Source: Candidatus Spongiisociaceae bacterium
GTDB lineage: Bacteria; Actinomycetota; Acidimicrobiia; Spongiisociales; Spongiisociaceae
Direction of reading: 5' to 3'
Assembly: GCA_965202665.1 (NCBI GenBank)
Contig: OZ241841.1
Span: 2,368,001 to 2,432,000, forward strand
DNA length: 64,000 bases
Of this stretch, positions 18,533 to 31,200 are shown one piece after another. Each line of letters begins with the position of its first letter. Position 1 is the first letter of the stretch. The notes under the pieces are model-generated. The model saw nothing but the letters and a program-made list of their open reading frames with translations. It was not told the DNA's origin and made no database searches. The position numbers and the translations under genes were made by a program.

Positions 18533-19243
18533 ATGGAGATTCTTCCCGCAGTGGACGTGCTGGGCGGGGAGGTGGTGAGGTTGTGGCAGGGGGATTACGG
18601 GGCGGCCACCAGTTACGGGGATTCGCCGGAGGAGCAGGTGGATGCCTGGCGGCGGGCGGGGGCCGAATGGGTGCACATCATCGATCTGGACGGGGCCCGC
18701 TCCGGGACGCCCGACCGGTCCCTGTGGCGGCGGACGGCGGGGCGGGGGGCGGCGGTGCAGTGGGGCGGCGGGATTAGGGGGGCGGAGGAGGCGGCGGCCG
18801 CCCTGGAGGCGGGAATAACGCGGGTGATCATGGGCACCGCCGCGGTGTGGGAGCCGTCCGTGCTGGCGGAAACGGTGGCTTTGGGCTCCCCGGAGCGGGT
18901 GGCGGCCGCGGTCGACGTACGGGACGGCCGGGCCTCGGGCCAAGGATGGTTGGACGGGGGGCGGCGGTTTGAGGAGGTGGTGGAGTCGGCGCTGGAGGCG
19001 GGGGTAGGGTCGCTGCTGGTGACCGCGGTGCGCCGGGATGGAACCATGCAGGGCCCCGATCTGGAACTGCTGGACCGGATACGGCGGCTGGCCCCCGACG
19101 CCCATCTGCAGGCGGCGGGCGGCATCGCCGGGATGGACGACCTGCGCCGCCTGGCCGCGGCCGGAATGGACGGGGCGGTAATAGGACGGGCCCTCTACGA
19201 AGGGGCCATCGACCTATCCCAGGCCCTATCTGAGTTCGGATAA
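18533..19243 (+). CDS. hisA: ProFAR isomerase HisA (HisA/PriA family)
   Basis: ILPAVDV.GG.VVRL.QG, HIIDLDGA, QWGGGIR, RDGTMQGPD, AGGI, IGRALYEG; AAGGAG RBS; divergent from the operon. Confidence 0.94.
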   Translation: MEILPAVDVLGGEVVRLWQGDYGAATSYGDSPEEQVDAWRRAGAEWVHIIDLDGARSGTPDRSLWRRTAGRGAAVQWGGGIRGAEEAAAALEAGITRVIMGTAAVWEPSVLAETVALGSPERVAAAVDVRDGRASGQGWLDGGRRFEEVVESALEAGVGSLLVTAVRRDGTMQGPDLELLDRIRRLAPDAHLQAAGGIAGMDDLRRLAAAGMDGAVIGRALYEGAIDLSQALSEFG

Positions 19244-19637
19244 CCGGACTTAGCCAAAGGCCGGAGCCCCTAAACCGGGGGGAGGGTGTGCTTTCTCGCG
19301 GAACGCGCCGTTCCCGCTTCTCTTGTCGGGGTATCTTGTCACGGCGAGGGGCCGTTGCGTGGTGTGGGTTTGGGATTTGTGGATGGTGTCGTAATGGTGT
19401 ATGTGGATAACGTTGTGTCGACCTGGGGTGATATGTCGTTGCTGTTGAGGCATGTGGAGTTGCGTCTGTCGCAGATGGGTTCGTGCGTTGTGGGCCGGTG
19501 CGTATTACAATTGGTATGGAGTTGGCGAAACCGTATGTTAGTGGTTTTGATGATGTTGAGTTACCGTTTGAGGGTGTCGTCTGATGGCGGAGCGGGCGGG
19601 TATCTGTCATAATGGCCGCTCCGGCCAAAGGAGGGCT

Positions 19638-20696
19638 ATGAAGAACAAAGAGTTGGAGAGGTTGTTTGCGGCGGTGATGGAGGCCGCTCCCCCGTCTAAC
19701 GAGACGGAGGTGGAGTACAACATTTTAGGGCCTGCGTTGGAAGCGCTCGGGTGGGACAAGTATTCCCAGATTGCCTGGCGGCACCGCACTGGCGGTGAGG
19801 CCAAAGGGGAGGGCGGGGTGGTGGACGCCTCGTTGCATAGCGGGAACGGGGTGCCGCGGGTGCTGCTGGAGGCGAAGGCCTGGGATGCGGATCTTACTCG
19901 GCATATGTCGCAGATGCTCCGCTACGCGTTTCATGAGGCGGCGGAGGTGTGCGTGCTTACCAACGGCAAAGAGTGGAGGTTTTATCTGCCCAGAGCCCGC
20001 GGGGAGGTCAAAGATCGCATGTTTGCGCACGCTCATCTGGAGTTGGATGGCACAGCTGGCGCATCGGCGGTGGTGGCCCGTTACCTGTCAGCGGACAGGG
20101 TGCTGGACGGGACGGCGCTGGAGGATGCGGAGAGGTCGCTGGGGGAGTTCAAAGCCAAGCGGGAGGCGGTGAAGATACTGCCCCGGGTGTGGGACAAGAT
20201 GCGTGCCGACGCCGATCGGGATCTGCTCCGTCTGGTAACCCGGCGGGTTGAGGCGGAGACTGGACAGCCCCCGCCAGCGGACAAGGTAGCGGAGGTTATC
20301 CGTCATGCTCAGCCGATACCGGGAACGCACACCAGACTCGCCCCGGAGCCGGAGACCGACATGACTCCGCGTCGTATGGCGGCTCCGCCAACGCCCTCGC
20401 CCGAACGTGTTCTAACCCCTGATAAAACGTTGGAGGCGGGCAGCTGGAAGAAGGCCACTGAAGCAGTAGTTGCGGAGGTGTCTCGGAGGTACCCTGGGTC
20501 GGACAAGTGGAACGAGTTGAGGTTCGTTAAGGCAGAACCGCCAAAACATGCTCCTTTAGAGGTAATCCCTGGTGCGTTTATCGGGTTGTCTTTAAGTGCC
20601 AGGCATCACCGGCGGCTTATGGGGGAAGTTTTGAAGACCTTCGGGCAAGTCGGTTGGCGTTTAGAGTTCGAGGACGGTCATGTGGAACTCATATAG
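19638..20696 (+). CDS. Stand-alone PD-(D/E)XK nuclease, type I restriction HsdR N-terminal-like domain with unknown C-terminus
   Basis: NETEVE..ILGPALEALGWD, VDASL..LLEAK, QMLRYA, VLTNGKEWRFY; AAGGAGG RBS before ATG 19638; no helicase motifs. Confidence 0.75.
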   Translation: MKNKELERLFAAVMEAAPPSNETEVEYNILGPALEALGWDKYSQIAWRHRTGGEAKGEGGVVDASLHSGNGVPRVLLEAKAWDADLTRHMSQMLRYAFHEAAEVCVLTNGKEWRFYLPRARGEVKDRMFAHAHLELDGTAGASAVVARYLSADRVLDGTALEDAERSLGEFKAKREAVKILPRVWDKMRADADRDLLRLVTRRVEAETGQPPPADKVAEVIRHAQPIPGTHTRLAPEPETDMTPRRMAAPPTPSPERVLTPDKTLEAGSWKKATEAVVAEVSRRYPGSDKWNELRFVKAEPPKHAPLEVIPGAFIGLSLSARHHRRLMGEVLKTFGQVGWRLEFEDGHVELI

Positions 20697-20779
20697 ACGG
20701 CTGCTACGGCACCCGATGAAGGGTTCTCCACGAAATCCACTTTGCCGTCCTCGTAGCCTTCCTCGTATGCATCTTGACC

Positions 20780-21185
20780 TATGTCATCACGATGTCAGAC
20801 ATTTGGGTTCTGGTCGCAGCCTGTCTCTTCGGCGGCCAAATGGCGGCCAGTATCATCGACCGGCGGCTGGCGTGTTGGCCACCACCTCGGCGTAATACTC
20901 CACGTTGGCCGTCGACGGGACGAAGTCCAGCAGGTCGCTCAAAAAGGGCACTCCCCCGATGCGCTCCAAATCGCCGGACCGTTGCAGGACGTCGCTTATG
21001 GTCACCGGGTCGATGGGTTGCCGGTTGTGATAGAGCTCGGCGACCGCCCGGAAGACGATCTGGTGGGCCGGTACGTAGAAGTCCTCCGGGCGTAGCGCGC
21101 CTGCTATCTGGTCGAGGGCTTCGGGGGAGCGTAGTATCGCCCCCAGCACCGACTTTTCGGCTTCCGTTATGCGGGCCGGGGTCAT
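20780..21185 (-). pseudogene. dnaB: Replicative helicase DnaB N-terminal fragment, frameshifted
   Basis: EAEKSVLGAIL, PEDFY..AHQIVF.A, PIDPVT, IGG..FL..L...VPSTANV.YYA.VV. After a 1-nt shift near 20878 the frame reads HASRRSMILAA (DnaB-like), then decays; no ATPase domain. Confidence 0.8.
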
Positions 21186-21433
21186 CGGCGACCGCCTTTA
21201 GTGGGGTAGCGGTGGGTCCATTTGCGGGCGGCGGCGGAGCGTCGCTTCCGGTGGTAAGCCCGATGGTTTCCGAGGTGGAGGCACTGGCCGCATACGCTTA
21301 CCATCTGATGGCTGATCATCATCATCCCGCCGCATCTGCTGCAGTCGGTGATGTCACCCTCGAGCGGTTGGGGGTTCGGTGTCATCGGCGGGCGCCGTTC
21401 CGGTTCGGCCTGCGGGTTTACGGCCCGGCGCAT
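21182..21433 (-). CDS. Small putative zinc-ribbon protein (phage-like)
   Basis: CSRC...CGQC pair; ATGA-coupled to the dnaB fragment; start uncertain. Confidence 0.45.
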   Translation of the reverse strand: MRRAVNPQAEPERRPPMTPNPQPLEGDITDCSRCGGMMMISHQMVSVCGQCLHLGNHRAYHRKRRSAAARKWTHRYPTKGGRR

Positions 21434-22123
21434 GCGGTCGCCTACTGCGGGGCTGATGTCGTAGGCTTGCCGGATGATTCGGGGCCGCCAGTCAGCGACC
21501 TGGGTGTGTCGGCTGGGTTTCCGCCGATGGTGGGGCGGGGCAGGTGTTTCATGCGGGTTCCTTTCTGGTTGCGTTTATGCGGGTTAGTGTCTGATACAGC
21601 TCGGGATGGTCGGTCTTCATTCGGCGCATGTTGTTTTCGTGAGCGGAGATTTCTTCGGGGGTGGGGCTGGCGGGTTCGTCCCCCGGAGGCGGCTGGAAGA
21701 CTGAGGTCAATCCGTCAGTTCTGTCAGCCGTGTATCCCCAGGCTTCCGCTATGGCTTCTGTGCGTGCTTGCTCTTTTGCCAGCCAGGACTGTTCGAGGCA
21801 AGGCGCGTTGCCGGCCTAGCCGGTTTGGAGTATCGGTGTTCGGGTTTTGCCGTAGTCTGCCGGGGGGAGTGCGGGCTTGGTAGGGGGCTCGTAACTGGGG
21901 GGAGGGTGTGTTTCGTGCGGTGTGCGCCGTTGCCGGTTCCTTTGTCAGGGTATTCCGTCGGGGGGTGCGTTACTTTCGGTGTCCCGGCTCGGTTTTGGCG
22001 GTTGAGCGGTTGATTCAGTTTTCGCGACCTAGATTCGGTTTTCGCGTTCTCTCAAATTTTGGGGTCCGCCCCTCCGCCCGCCCTCGTTTGGGTCCGGGTT
22101 TGCTTGGTTTGCCGGATCTCAAT

Positions 22124-22153
22124 TTGCTTTCCCCCCCCCCCCCTCTTTATCAT
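22124..22153 (+). promoter_or_regulatory. Putative promoter of the giant gene with a C13 tract in the spacer
   Basis: TTGCTT (22124-22129), 18-nt spacer containing C13 (22131-22143), TATCAT (22148-22153), ~100 nt upstream of the likely start. Confidence 0.6.
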
Positions 22154-22255
22154 ATGGCGTCTATCCGATCTAAGGGTTGGCGATTTGCGTCCTGACCTGT
22201 CCTGGTTTTAGGTCTGTTGTGCGGGTTTCCTGGGACCCGTTGGGAAAGGTTATTG

Positions 22256-25200
22256 GTGACAGGCTACTGTAAATCCGGGTATGCCGGATTTGTTGGACAA
22301 CCTGGAGTAAGGCGAAGACAGGGCAGACGAACGCTGGCCCTGGCGTTGGCGTGCGCCCTGGTTGCGTCTTTGTTTCCCAATCTTTCTCTTACGCCGGCGT
22401 TGGCGCAGGCCGCCAACAGCGCCGTTTTGACCGTCTCGCCGGCTACGGTGGACGAGGACGGCGGAGCCCAACGCATCGTCGTCACCGCCACCCTCGCGCA
22501 GGCCGACCCTGCGAATCCGATCACCGTCGACTTGGCGGTGGAGGCGGAGGCGGGCACGGGTACCGTCGAGGGGACTCATTTTACTGCGGTGGATGACTCT
22601 GATCTTCGTATCACCATCCCGGCGACCGCGACCACCGGCACCGCCTGGTTTGATTTGATTCCGGTTGACGACCTCACCCTCCAGTCAGCCAACCGTTCAG
22701 TTACGGTAACCGGCTCTTCAACTGGTTTGGGGGGCGGTTCCGTCACCGGGACGTCGGTTACCATCGACGACGACGAGGCGGCCGCCGTCAACCTCAGCCT
22801 GGACCGGACTTCGGTGGATGAGGACGCGGGGACGGTGGCGGTGAAAGTCACGGCCGCCTTCGCCTTCCCGGACGAGCAAAGGCGCGCCGCCGCCACCGAC
22901 ATAGCCGTCACGGTGGGGGCGGAATCCGACACCGCAACAGGCGGAACCGACTACGCCACGCCCTCCCCGTTCACTATCACCATCCCCGCCAACCAGACCA
23001 GCGCCACCGCCTCCTTCAACCTCCCCGTTTCCGACAACTTGGCCGCCAACCCCGACAAAACGCTGACCGTTACCGGGGTCAACCGCACCCCCGGATGGCC
23101 GGTCGCGCCCGCCTCCCTCACCATCCTGGACAACGAATCCGCCATCCGGTTGTCGCTGGACAAAACGGAAGTGTCGGAGGGGGACGGGGCGCAGACCATC
23201 ACCGTCACCGCCGCCCTGTCGGAGGGGCGCACCGAAACGACCGCCACCGAAGTCACGGTGGATGTGGTGGGGGAGTCGGGCGGTTTTGCGGCGGTGCCCC
23301 GGTTCACCATCACCATTCCCGACCGCACCCGCTCCGCCACCGGCTCCTTCACTTTCACGCCCGACGTTGATACGACGGCGGAAGGCGTGTCCAGGGTCAC
23401 CGTACAGGGAACTTCGGATCGGTTGGATGTGTATCCGGCCTACCTGTCCATCATCGACGACGACAACCTGATTACCTTGTCGGTCGACACCGCTTTGGTG
23501 GCGGAAGGGACGGCCGCCGAAGTGGAAGTGACGGCCGCCCTGCCCGCCGCAACCACCCCCCTGCCCCGGGACATGCGGGTTCGGGTGGGGGTTCTGTCCG
23601 GGTCTTCCACGGCGGTGGCGGGGGAGGACTACCAAGCCGTCCCCGATTTTGACGTGGAGATCGAAGGCGGCTCCCGCAGCGGCTCGGCCACTTTCACGCT
23701 CACCACCTTCGCCGACCAAGCGGATGAGGTTGCGGAAAACATAACTTTGGGGGTGATTTCGGTTTCACGGCGGGACCCGGACGTGGACGACCCGGACATT
23801 CCGGGGGAAACCATGGAGGCGGAAACCTTCACCGCCCTGTCCATTTTCCGCACCGAATCCGCCGACCTGCACATCACCGCCCCCCGCCTGCTGACCGTGG
23901 CCGTTTCCCCCTCCCGGGTGACCGAAGGCTCCACCACCACTTTGACGGCCTCGGCCGCCTTGCCGGAGGGCATGGATCCGATTACCGAAAACGTTGCGGT
24001 GACGGTGTCGCTGGCGGCGGACGGAACGGAGGCGGGCGGTTCGGCGGAGGCGGCTGATTTCACCCCGGTGTCCGCGGTCATCAACATCACCGCCAGCCCC
24101 GGTTCCCCTTTCACTTCAGCCTCCCCGGCGGCGACCCAGGATTTCACGCTGGTGGCCGCCTCCGACGCCGACCGGGACGATGAAACCATCAAAGTGTCGG
24201 CATCGGCTTCCGGATACGGCATCGCCTCCTCTTTCGTAACCATCGCCGACGACGGCGCCCCTCCTCCCCGCCCCGACCCTCCGGCCATCAACCTGCGGGC
24301 GGATGTGCTGCGGGTGGGGGAGGACAGCGGAACCACCGCGGTGACGGTTACCGCCGAATACGCGGACGGGGCCTCCCGCGCCGCTCCCGTCATAGTGGAA
24401 ACGGAGTTGGCGAACTACGCCGGTTACGCAACCGCCCCGGACGACTACGCGGCGGTGGCGAAATTCAACATCACCATTCCCGCCAACGCAACCAAAGCCT
24501 CGGGTTCCTTCAATTTGACGGTGGTGGACGATGCGTTGGCGGAAGGGGATGAGCGGGTGCGCATCATCGGGCGGGAAACGGCGGCCTCCCCCGGCCCGGC
24601 CACCGGTTCCATTCCGCCCGGCACGGACAGCGGCCTGACCGGATATGCGGTGAACGCGGCGGACATCGTCATAACCGACAACGACGACACCCTGTTTTTC
24701 TCCCTCACCCCCCTGTTTTTGGACGAAGCGGCGGGTGCCGCCCAACTCGCATACGAGGTGGGTTTGGCATCGGGGGTGACCCCGCTCACCGAAGACCTGG
24801 AAATAACCATCTCCGCGGCGAGCGGCACCGCCGTTTTGGGGACCGATTTCACCGCCGCCGCCCAGTGGGTGGTTTCTTTGCCCCAAAACACCCGCACCGT
24901 TTCCGGCTTTTTGGATGTGACGCTGATCGAAGACGACTTGGCGGAAGGATATGAGTTTTTCGAAACCTCGGCGGCGGCGCCGGGCCTGAAAACCTCCGCC
25001 ATTTCGGTGTTTATCAACGATGACGATCAGCGCATCAACCTGTCGGTGGATCCCTATCGGATCAGCGAAGACAGCGGTTCCGGGGCGGCTTCCCGAATCA
25101 CCGAGGTGACGGTTACCGCCTTCCTGCCCGGTTCGACGCCGGGGGTTGTCCTCCCGGGCGAGCCGGTGCGGGCCACCCCTCTCAAAATCCCGGTGTCGGT

Positions 25201-28200
25201 GGCGGCGGACACCGCCGGGAGCGCCGATTTCACGGCTGCGCCGGACTCTTTCACCATCACCATCCCGGCGGGCGCCAGCGAAGGTTCGGCTTCTTTCAAC
25301 CTGACCGTCGCCGATGACCGCGTGGCGGAAGGCGGGGAGAACATCATCGTGCGGGCCGGGGATCCGTTCCAGGTTCATTCCCCGGTTTACACCTCGGTCC
25401 GCTCCATCACCACTTCCAGCCTGGCGCCCGGCCATCCGACGGTGACCATCGTGGACGACGACGCGGAGGACATCGTGCTGTCGGTGAGCCGCTCGTCGGC
25501 GGCGGAAAACGACGGGCCGATACCGCTGACGGTCACCGCCACTTTGCGGGAAAGCGTGGCCCGGTTGCGCACCGCGGCCGAAGTAACCCTTTCCACCTCG
25601 GGCAGTTCCGCCGCCCCCAACGCCGATTTTTCTTTGACGGACGGAACGGGCGGGACGGGGCCTTTCACGATCACCATCCCCGCCGGGCAAAGAAGCGCCT
25701 CCGCCGACCTGACCTTGTCGCTGGTGAACGACCGGAGCCGGGAAGGGTCGGAGGCGGTGGTGTTTTCCGGTTCGGCCCCCACTTTCAACGTCGTCCCGGC
25801 CGCCCCGCTCATCATCTTCGACGACGACACCGCCATCGCCCTGTCGGTTTCCCCGGCGGCCCTGGAAGAAGATTCCGGCGCCACTTCCCTGACCGTCACC
25901 GCCGCTTTGCCGCCGGGGGAGACCGCCCCGGCCGGCGGGCCGATCACGGTGGCCCTGACCGCGGCCGGGGATTCCGCCCCCGGCCGGGCGGAGGAGGGGG
26001 CGGGCAAAGATTTCACCGCCGTCCGCCCCGACCCGTTTCAGATCACCATCCCGGCCGGCATAAACGCCGCTTCCGTAATTTTCACCCTCACCGTTCTCAA
26101 CGACGCCGTCTCCGAAGGGGCCGAAACGGTAACCATTTCCGGCGCAGCGCCAGGTCGGGCGGTCTCCCCGGCGACGGTGACCATTTTGGGCAACGACGGG
26201 GAGACGGCCGCTTTGGGTTCCGGCGGATGTTCGGACGGAACTTGGGTGGCCGACCCGGCCTCGGCGCTGGTCGGCGACTGCCAACAGTTGGTCGCGATGC
26301 GCAATCTCTGGCTGGCCAACCCGGACAACGCCGGGCTCCCCGCCGACCATCCGTTGCGTTTGTGGGGGAGCGGGCTGGTGGATTCTTGGCCGGGGGTGAC
26401 GGCGACCGGCGGGCGGGTAACCGGCCTGAACCTGTCCAACGGAAATCTGGCGGGCAAAATCCCCGGCCAAATAAGTTCTTTGACGGCCCTCACCAGCCTG
26501 AATCTGGGCGGGAATAACCTGTCGGGTTCCATCCCGTCTCTGTCCGCCCTGACGGCCTTGACCAGCCTGAATTTGGGCGGGAATAACCTGTCGGGTTCCA
26601 TCCCGGCGTTGTCCGCGTTGACGGCCCTAACCAGCCTAAACCTGGGCGGCAACAACCTGTCAGGGGCGATCCCGGCCGCGGTAACATCGCTTTCTTCGCT
26701 GACCAGCCTGGATTTGGGCGGGAATAACCTGTCGGGTTCCATCCCGGCGTTGTCCGCGTTGACGGCCTTGACCAGCCTGAATTTGGGCGGCAACGACCTG
26801 TCGGGCGCCTTCCCGCCGGTGACCGCCCTCACTTCCCTGGAAGGGCTGGATGTAAGCGACAACAAGTTGAGCGGCCCCCTGCCCTCCGCTTGGAGTTCTT
26901 TGACCGCCTTGGCCCGCCTGGACGTGAGCGGCAACCGTTTGACCGGTTCCATTCCCGCCGGGCTGGGCGGCCTGTCCGCGTTGACGGAGTTCGGTTTCTG
27001 CGGCAACGGTTTCACCGGCGCCCTGCCCGCCGGCCTGGCCTCCGGGGCGGTTTTGCCCGGTTACGACCCGGCCGCCGGAGTGGGGGGATGCCGGCGGGGG
27101 GTGGCTTTGCGGGTAAGCCCGGACGGCATGGCAGAAGGGGAGGACGGGGAGATAACGGTCACCGCCGAGTTGGTCGGCTTCGGAGGGGAGGGGGAACCGG
27201 GCTTGCCCGGACTGGACACGCCGGTGTCGGTGTCGGTCGGCGGCGGCACGGCGGCGGCCAGTGATTTTCGGGGAGCGGGAGCGGGGGGAGCGGTGGATAA
27301 TTTCGTCATCACCATTCCGGCCGGTTCCACCAGCGGGAAGGCAAGTTTCCGGCTGGAAGCCTTGGATGATACGTTGTTCGAAGGCTCGGAGTTCATAAAC
27401 CTGTCGGGCTCCTCCGCCGGGTTGACGGTGTTCGGGGAGGAGCTGTTCATCTTGGACGGGGACAGCAAAATTGCGTTGACCGTCGATCCCGGCTCCGTAA
27501 CGGAAGGAGCGGCCGCGGCGGAAATCACGGTCACCGCCACTTTGACCGGATTCGGGGGCGCGTCTCAGCCGACGGCCCCTACAGCCGCCCTGTCGGTGCC
27601 GGTGTCGGTGGTGGCCGGCACGGCGGCAGTGGGGGATTTCACGCCGGTGGATGATTTTGCCATCACCATTCCGGCCGGTTCCACCAGCGGGACGGGTACC
27701 TTCCGGTTGGAGACGGTGGATGATGTTTTGCGGGAGGGGGAGGAGATTATTTCAGTGACGGGCCCGGCCACCGGGGCGACGGCTTCGGGAGGGCGGCTGG
27801 GGGTGTCCCCGGCGGAACTGCGGGTGGTTGACAACGAGCAGTGGGTCCGGATTGTCCTCCCCAGCGGGAGCTTCGTGCGGGAGGGGCAAACTTTTCAACG
27901 TTTTATTACGGGAGGGTTGGTTGGGTTTGGGGGACCCGGGCAACCGGCCTTTCCCCAAACTACGCAGGTGCAGTTGTCGGTGGCTGATTCGGCCGATGTC
28001 CACGGTTGGTCCGACTCTATACAATATTTTGGGGTAAGCAGGAGGTTTGCGATTGGATCGGAGGTTCAAATTCGGGCGAAGCAAGATGAATTGTTTGAAG
28101 GTCCGGAGGTGGTGACGGTTACCGGTACAGCTAGAATTCCAGCGACGGGGATGAGTGTGGTGGTGGAACCGGTGGAGGTGGCGCTGGTGGACAGGGAAAG

Positions 28201-31200
28201 CCGGGTGGAGTTGTCGGTTAGTCCGGCGCAGACGGTGCGGGAGGGCGGAGGCGCGGTGCGGGTGGCGGTGTCGGCGACTTTGGTCGGCTTCGGCGGACCG
28301 GGCCAGCCGGCGCGGCCGGAGGGGGATATGGCGGTGCAGGTGTGGGTCACCAACGGTTCGGCGACGGTGTCCCAAGATTTCGCGACGGTGAACCCCTTCA
28401 CGGTTACCATTCCGGCCGGCAAGATGGCGGGGAGCGCAACCTTTGATCTGCTGACGATAGACGACGCGGATACGGAGGGTCCGGAGACGGTGCTGGTGGG
28501 AGGCCTGCATGGAGTGGCTTACGGCCCATGGGGGGTGCTGGATGTGCTGGGAACGGAAGTGCTGATCGAGGACAATGAAAGGGGGCAGAAGGAGATTATT
28601 CTGTCGGTCGATCAGCTCCGGGTGGCGGAGGGCGGGTCGGATCAGACGGTTACCGTAACGGCTACATTGCCGGGCATGGAAGCGAGTCCGGTACTTTTGG
28701 GATTGAATCTGGCGGACGGAACAGCCAAGGCGGCCAATAAAGATTACACGGCGTTGACGGGCAATGTTGATTTACTCATTCCGGCAGGCCAAACGCGGGC
28801 TATCGTGGATGTGACGGTGGCGATCCCCAATGACACCGCCGCCGAGCAGGACAAAACAGTGTTGCTTAGGGCGTTCGCCCCATTCGGGTTCGAGGCCTCC
28901 CCATCCGAATTCGCGATAACAATTGCCGATGACGACGCCTCCATCACGCCTTTGGATCCGGCCCGGTGCGACGACGGGACTTTTGTGGAGGACACCTCCA
29001 ACACCGCTCTGATCGCCGACTGCAAGGCCTTGGTGGACATCCGCAACCATTTCACCGCCCACCCCGCCAACCAGAACCTGCCGACGGACGACCCGGCCAC
29101 CTCCGACGTGGATGAAACCCATGTGCTCCGCGCCTGGGGGGCGACCGGATACGCCCCTTGGCCCTCCCCGGTCGTTTCCCCCACCCGCCTGGCCGGAAGG
29201 GCGTTGGACAGCATGTTCGAAACCCGGGACATCCGAATATGGCCGGGGGTGACTTTGGAAAGAGTCGGGGGCGTTTTGCGGGTGACGGGAATAAATCTGC
29301 ACAACCAGGGATTGAAAGGTTTAGTTCCGGTCGACTCCATCCACGAGCGTTGCGAAGAGCCGTATTTCTCGCTTTCCTCCACCCCGCCCTGCACCAACGA
29401 CCGGGGGGAGAGCTCCAACTTCCACTACACCGCCAGGCGGGCGTTTCCCATCCTCCCCAGCGCCGAGGCGGAGGCGAACCGGATCTCAGGCACGGTCCCC
29501 GCTCAGATTGGCGATTTGGCGGCTTTGACCAGATTGGACTTGGGGGGCAACCGCCTCACCGGCCCCCTCCCCGCCCCAGTGTTGTCTGCCGGGCTGACCT
29601 CTTTGGTTTTGTCGGGCAACGACCTGGCGTTGGCGGATTTGGACGTGACGGACCTGACCGGCCTTTCCGAGTTGCGGGCCGGGGGCAACCGGCTGACTTC
29701 CTGGCCCGTCGGACTGAACGCCAACCTGGAAATACTGGACTTGTCCGACACCGGCCTAACCGGTGCCCTCCCCTCCGGCCCCTCCGGCGTAACCACCCTG
29801 ACCGGCCTCACCTACCTGGACCTGTCCGGAAACGGCTTCACCGGTGCCCTTCTCTCCGATTGGGGCGGGCTGGAGGAGCTGGCCGTTTTGGTTTTGTCGG
29901 ACAACCAGCTGACCGGCCCCATCCCCGCCACTTGGCGGACCCTGACCAAGTTGGAGAGGCTGGACCTGGGCGGCAACCGCCTCACCGGCGCGATTTCCTC
30001 TCAGTTCCGCTCCCGCTGGGACGACACTCCGGGCGCCACCCGCCGGCTGGGCTGGGGTTCTTTGACCGATCTGGATTTGTCGGGCAACCAGTTTTCAGGG
30101 GAGATTCCCGCCTGGGTGGGCGGCCTGGCCGACTTGGAACGACTGAACCTTTCCGACAACGATTTCTCCTGGGGCTTGCCCCGTTTGGAGGGGTCCACCG
30201 GCCTGGTGTACGTGAACTTGTCCAACAACCGGTTGCAGGGTTCGGTGCCGTCGGCGTGGGCGGCGTTGACCGGCCTGCAACAGTTGCGGCTGGGCGGCAA
30301 CCGGCTGTCGGGCCCCTTCCCGGCCTGGGTGGGAAGATTGCCCGACCTGCGGCATCTCCACCTGAACGACAACCGGCTGACCGGCCTCCTCCCGGCCAGT
30401 CTGGGGGATCTGGATCTGATTCATTTGGACCTGTCGGGGAACCGGCTGCGGGGCCCCGTCCCGGCCTCCTGGGCGGCTTTGACCGGTTTGACCATGTTAA
30501 ATTTGGGCGGCAACCGGCTGACCGGCCCCATCCCGGCCGCGCTGGGAGGTTTCACCGGTTTGACCCTTTTGGATTTGGGCGGCAACCAGTTCGCCGGTTC
30601 CATCCCCGCCGCCCTGACTTCGCTAACCCGGTTGCGGGTTCTGGATTTGGGCGGCAACCGGCTGACCGGTCCCATCCCCGCCCGGATAGGGGATCTGTCC
30701 CGCCTGGAGAAGCTGAGTTTGGGCGACAACGGCTTGACCGGCGGCCTCCCCGCATCTTTCTCTTCGCTGACGGAGCTGACCCATTTCGACGCGGGCGGCA
30801 ACCCGGTTCTCTGGCCGACCGGCGGAATCCCCGCCGGGGTTCTCGGCGTAACAACCTGGCCGTCCGCCGTGGACAAGCTGACCTTTTTGGATCTGAGCGA
30901 AACGGGGATGGCCTCCGTCTTCCCGGCCGGGCTGGAGACGCTGGACGGCCTCACCTACCTGGACCTTTCCGGCAACCGGCTCACCGGCCCCCTCCCCGTC
31001 GCCGTGAGCTCCCTAACCAAGTTGCGGACCCTGTTGGCCTCGGACAACCGGTTTACCGGTTCCGTTCCCTCCGCCTGGGGTTCCCTGTCCCCGGCGGCGG
31101 GCGGCTCCCTGTCCCGGCTCGGTTTCTGCGGCAACGGGATCACCGGCCCCCTGCCTCTCCTGCTCCGTTCCGGGGTGGAACTGGTCGGGTTCCCTTCCGG

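Noticed and set aside
19290-19600. G/T-skewed stretch with a short frame ending ...GFDDVELPFEGVV
   Set aside because: Probably a decayed gene; resemblance to an SSB-like acidic tail is too weak to call.
22300-22340. Twin-arginine (Tat) signal in RRRQGRRTL
   Set aside because: Lacks the S/T-R-R-x-F-L consensus, and a protein this large is implausible as folded Tat cargo; Sec export is more likely.
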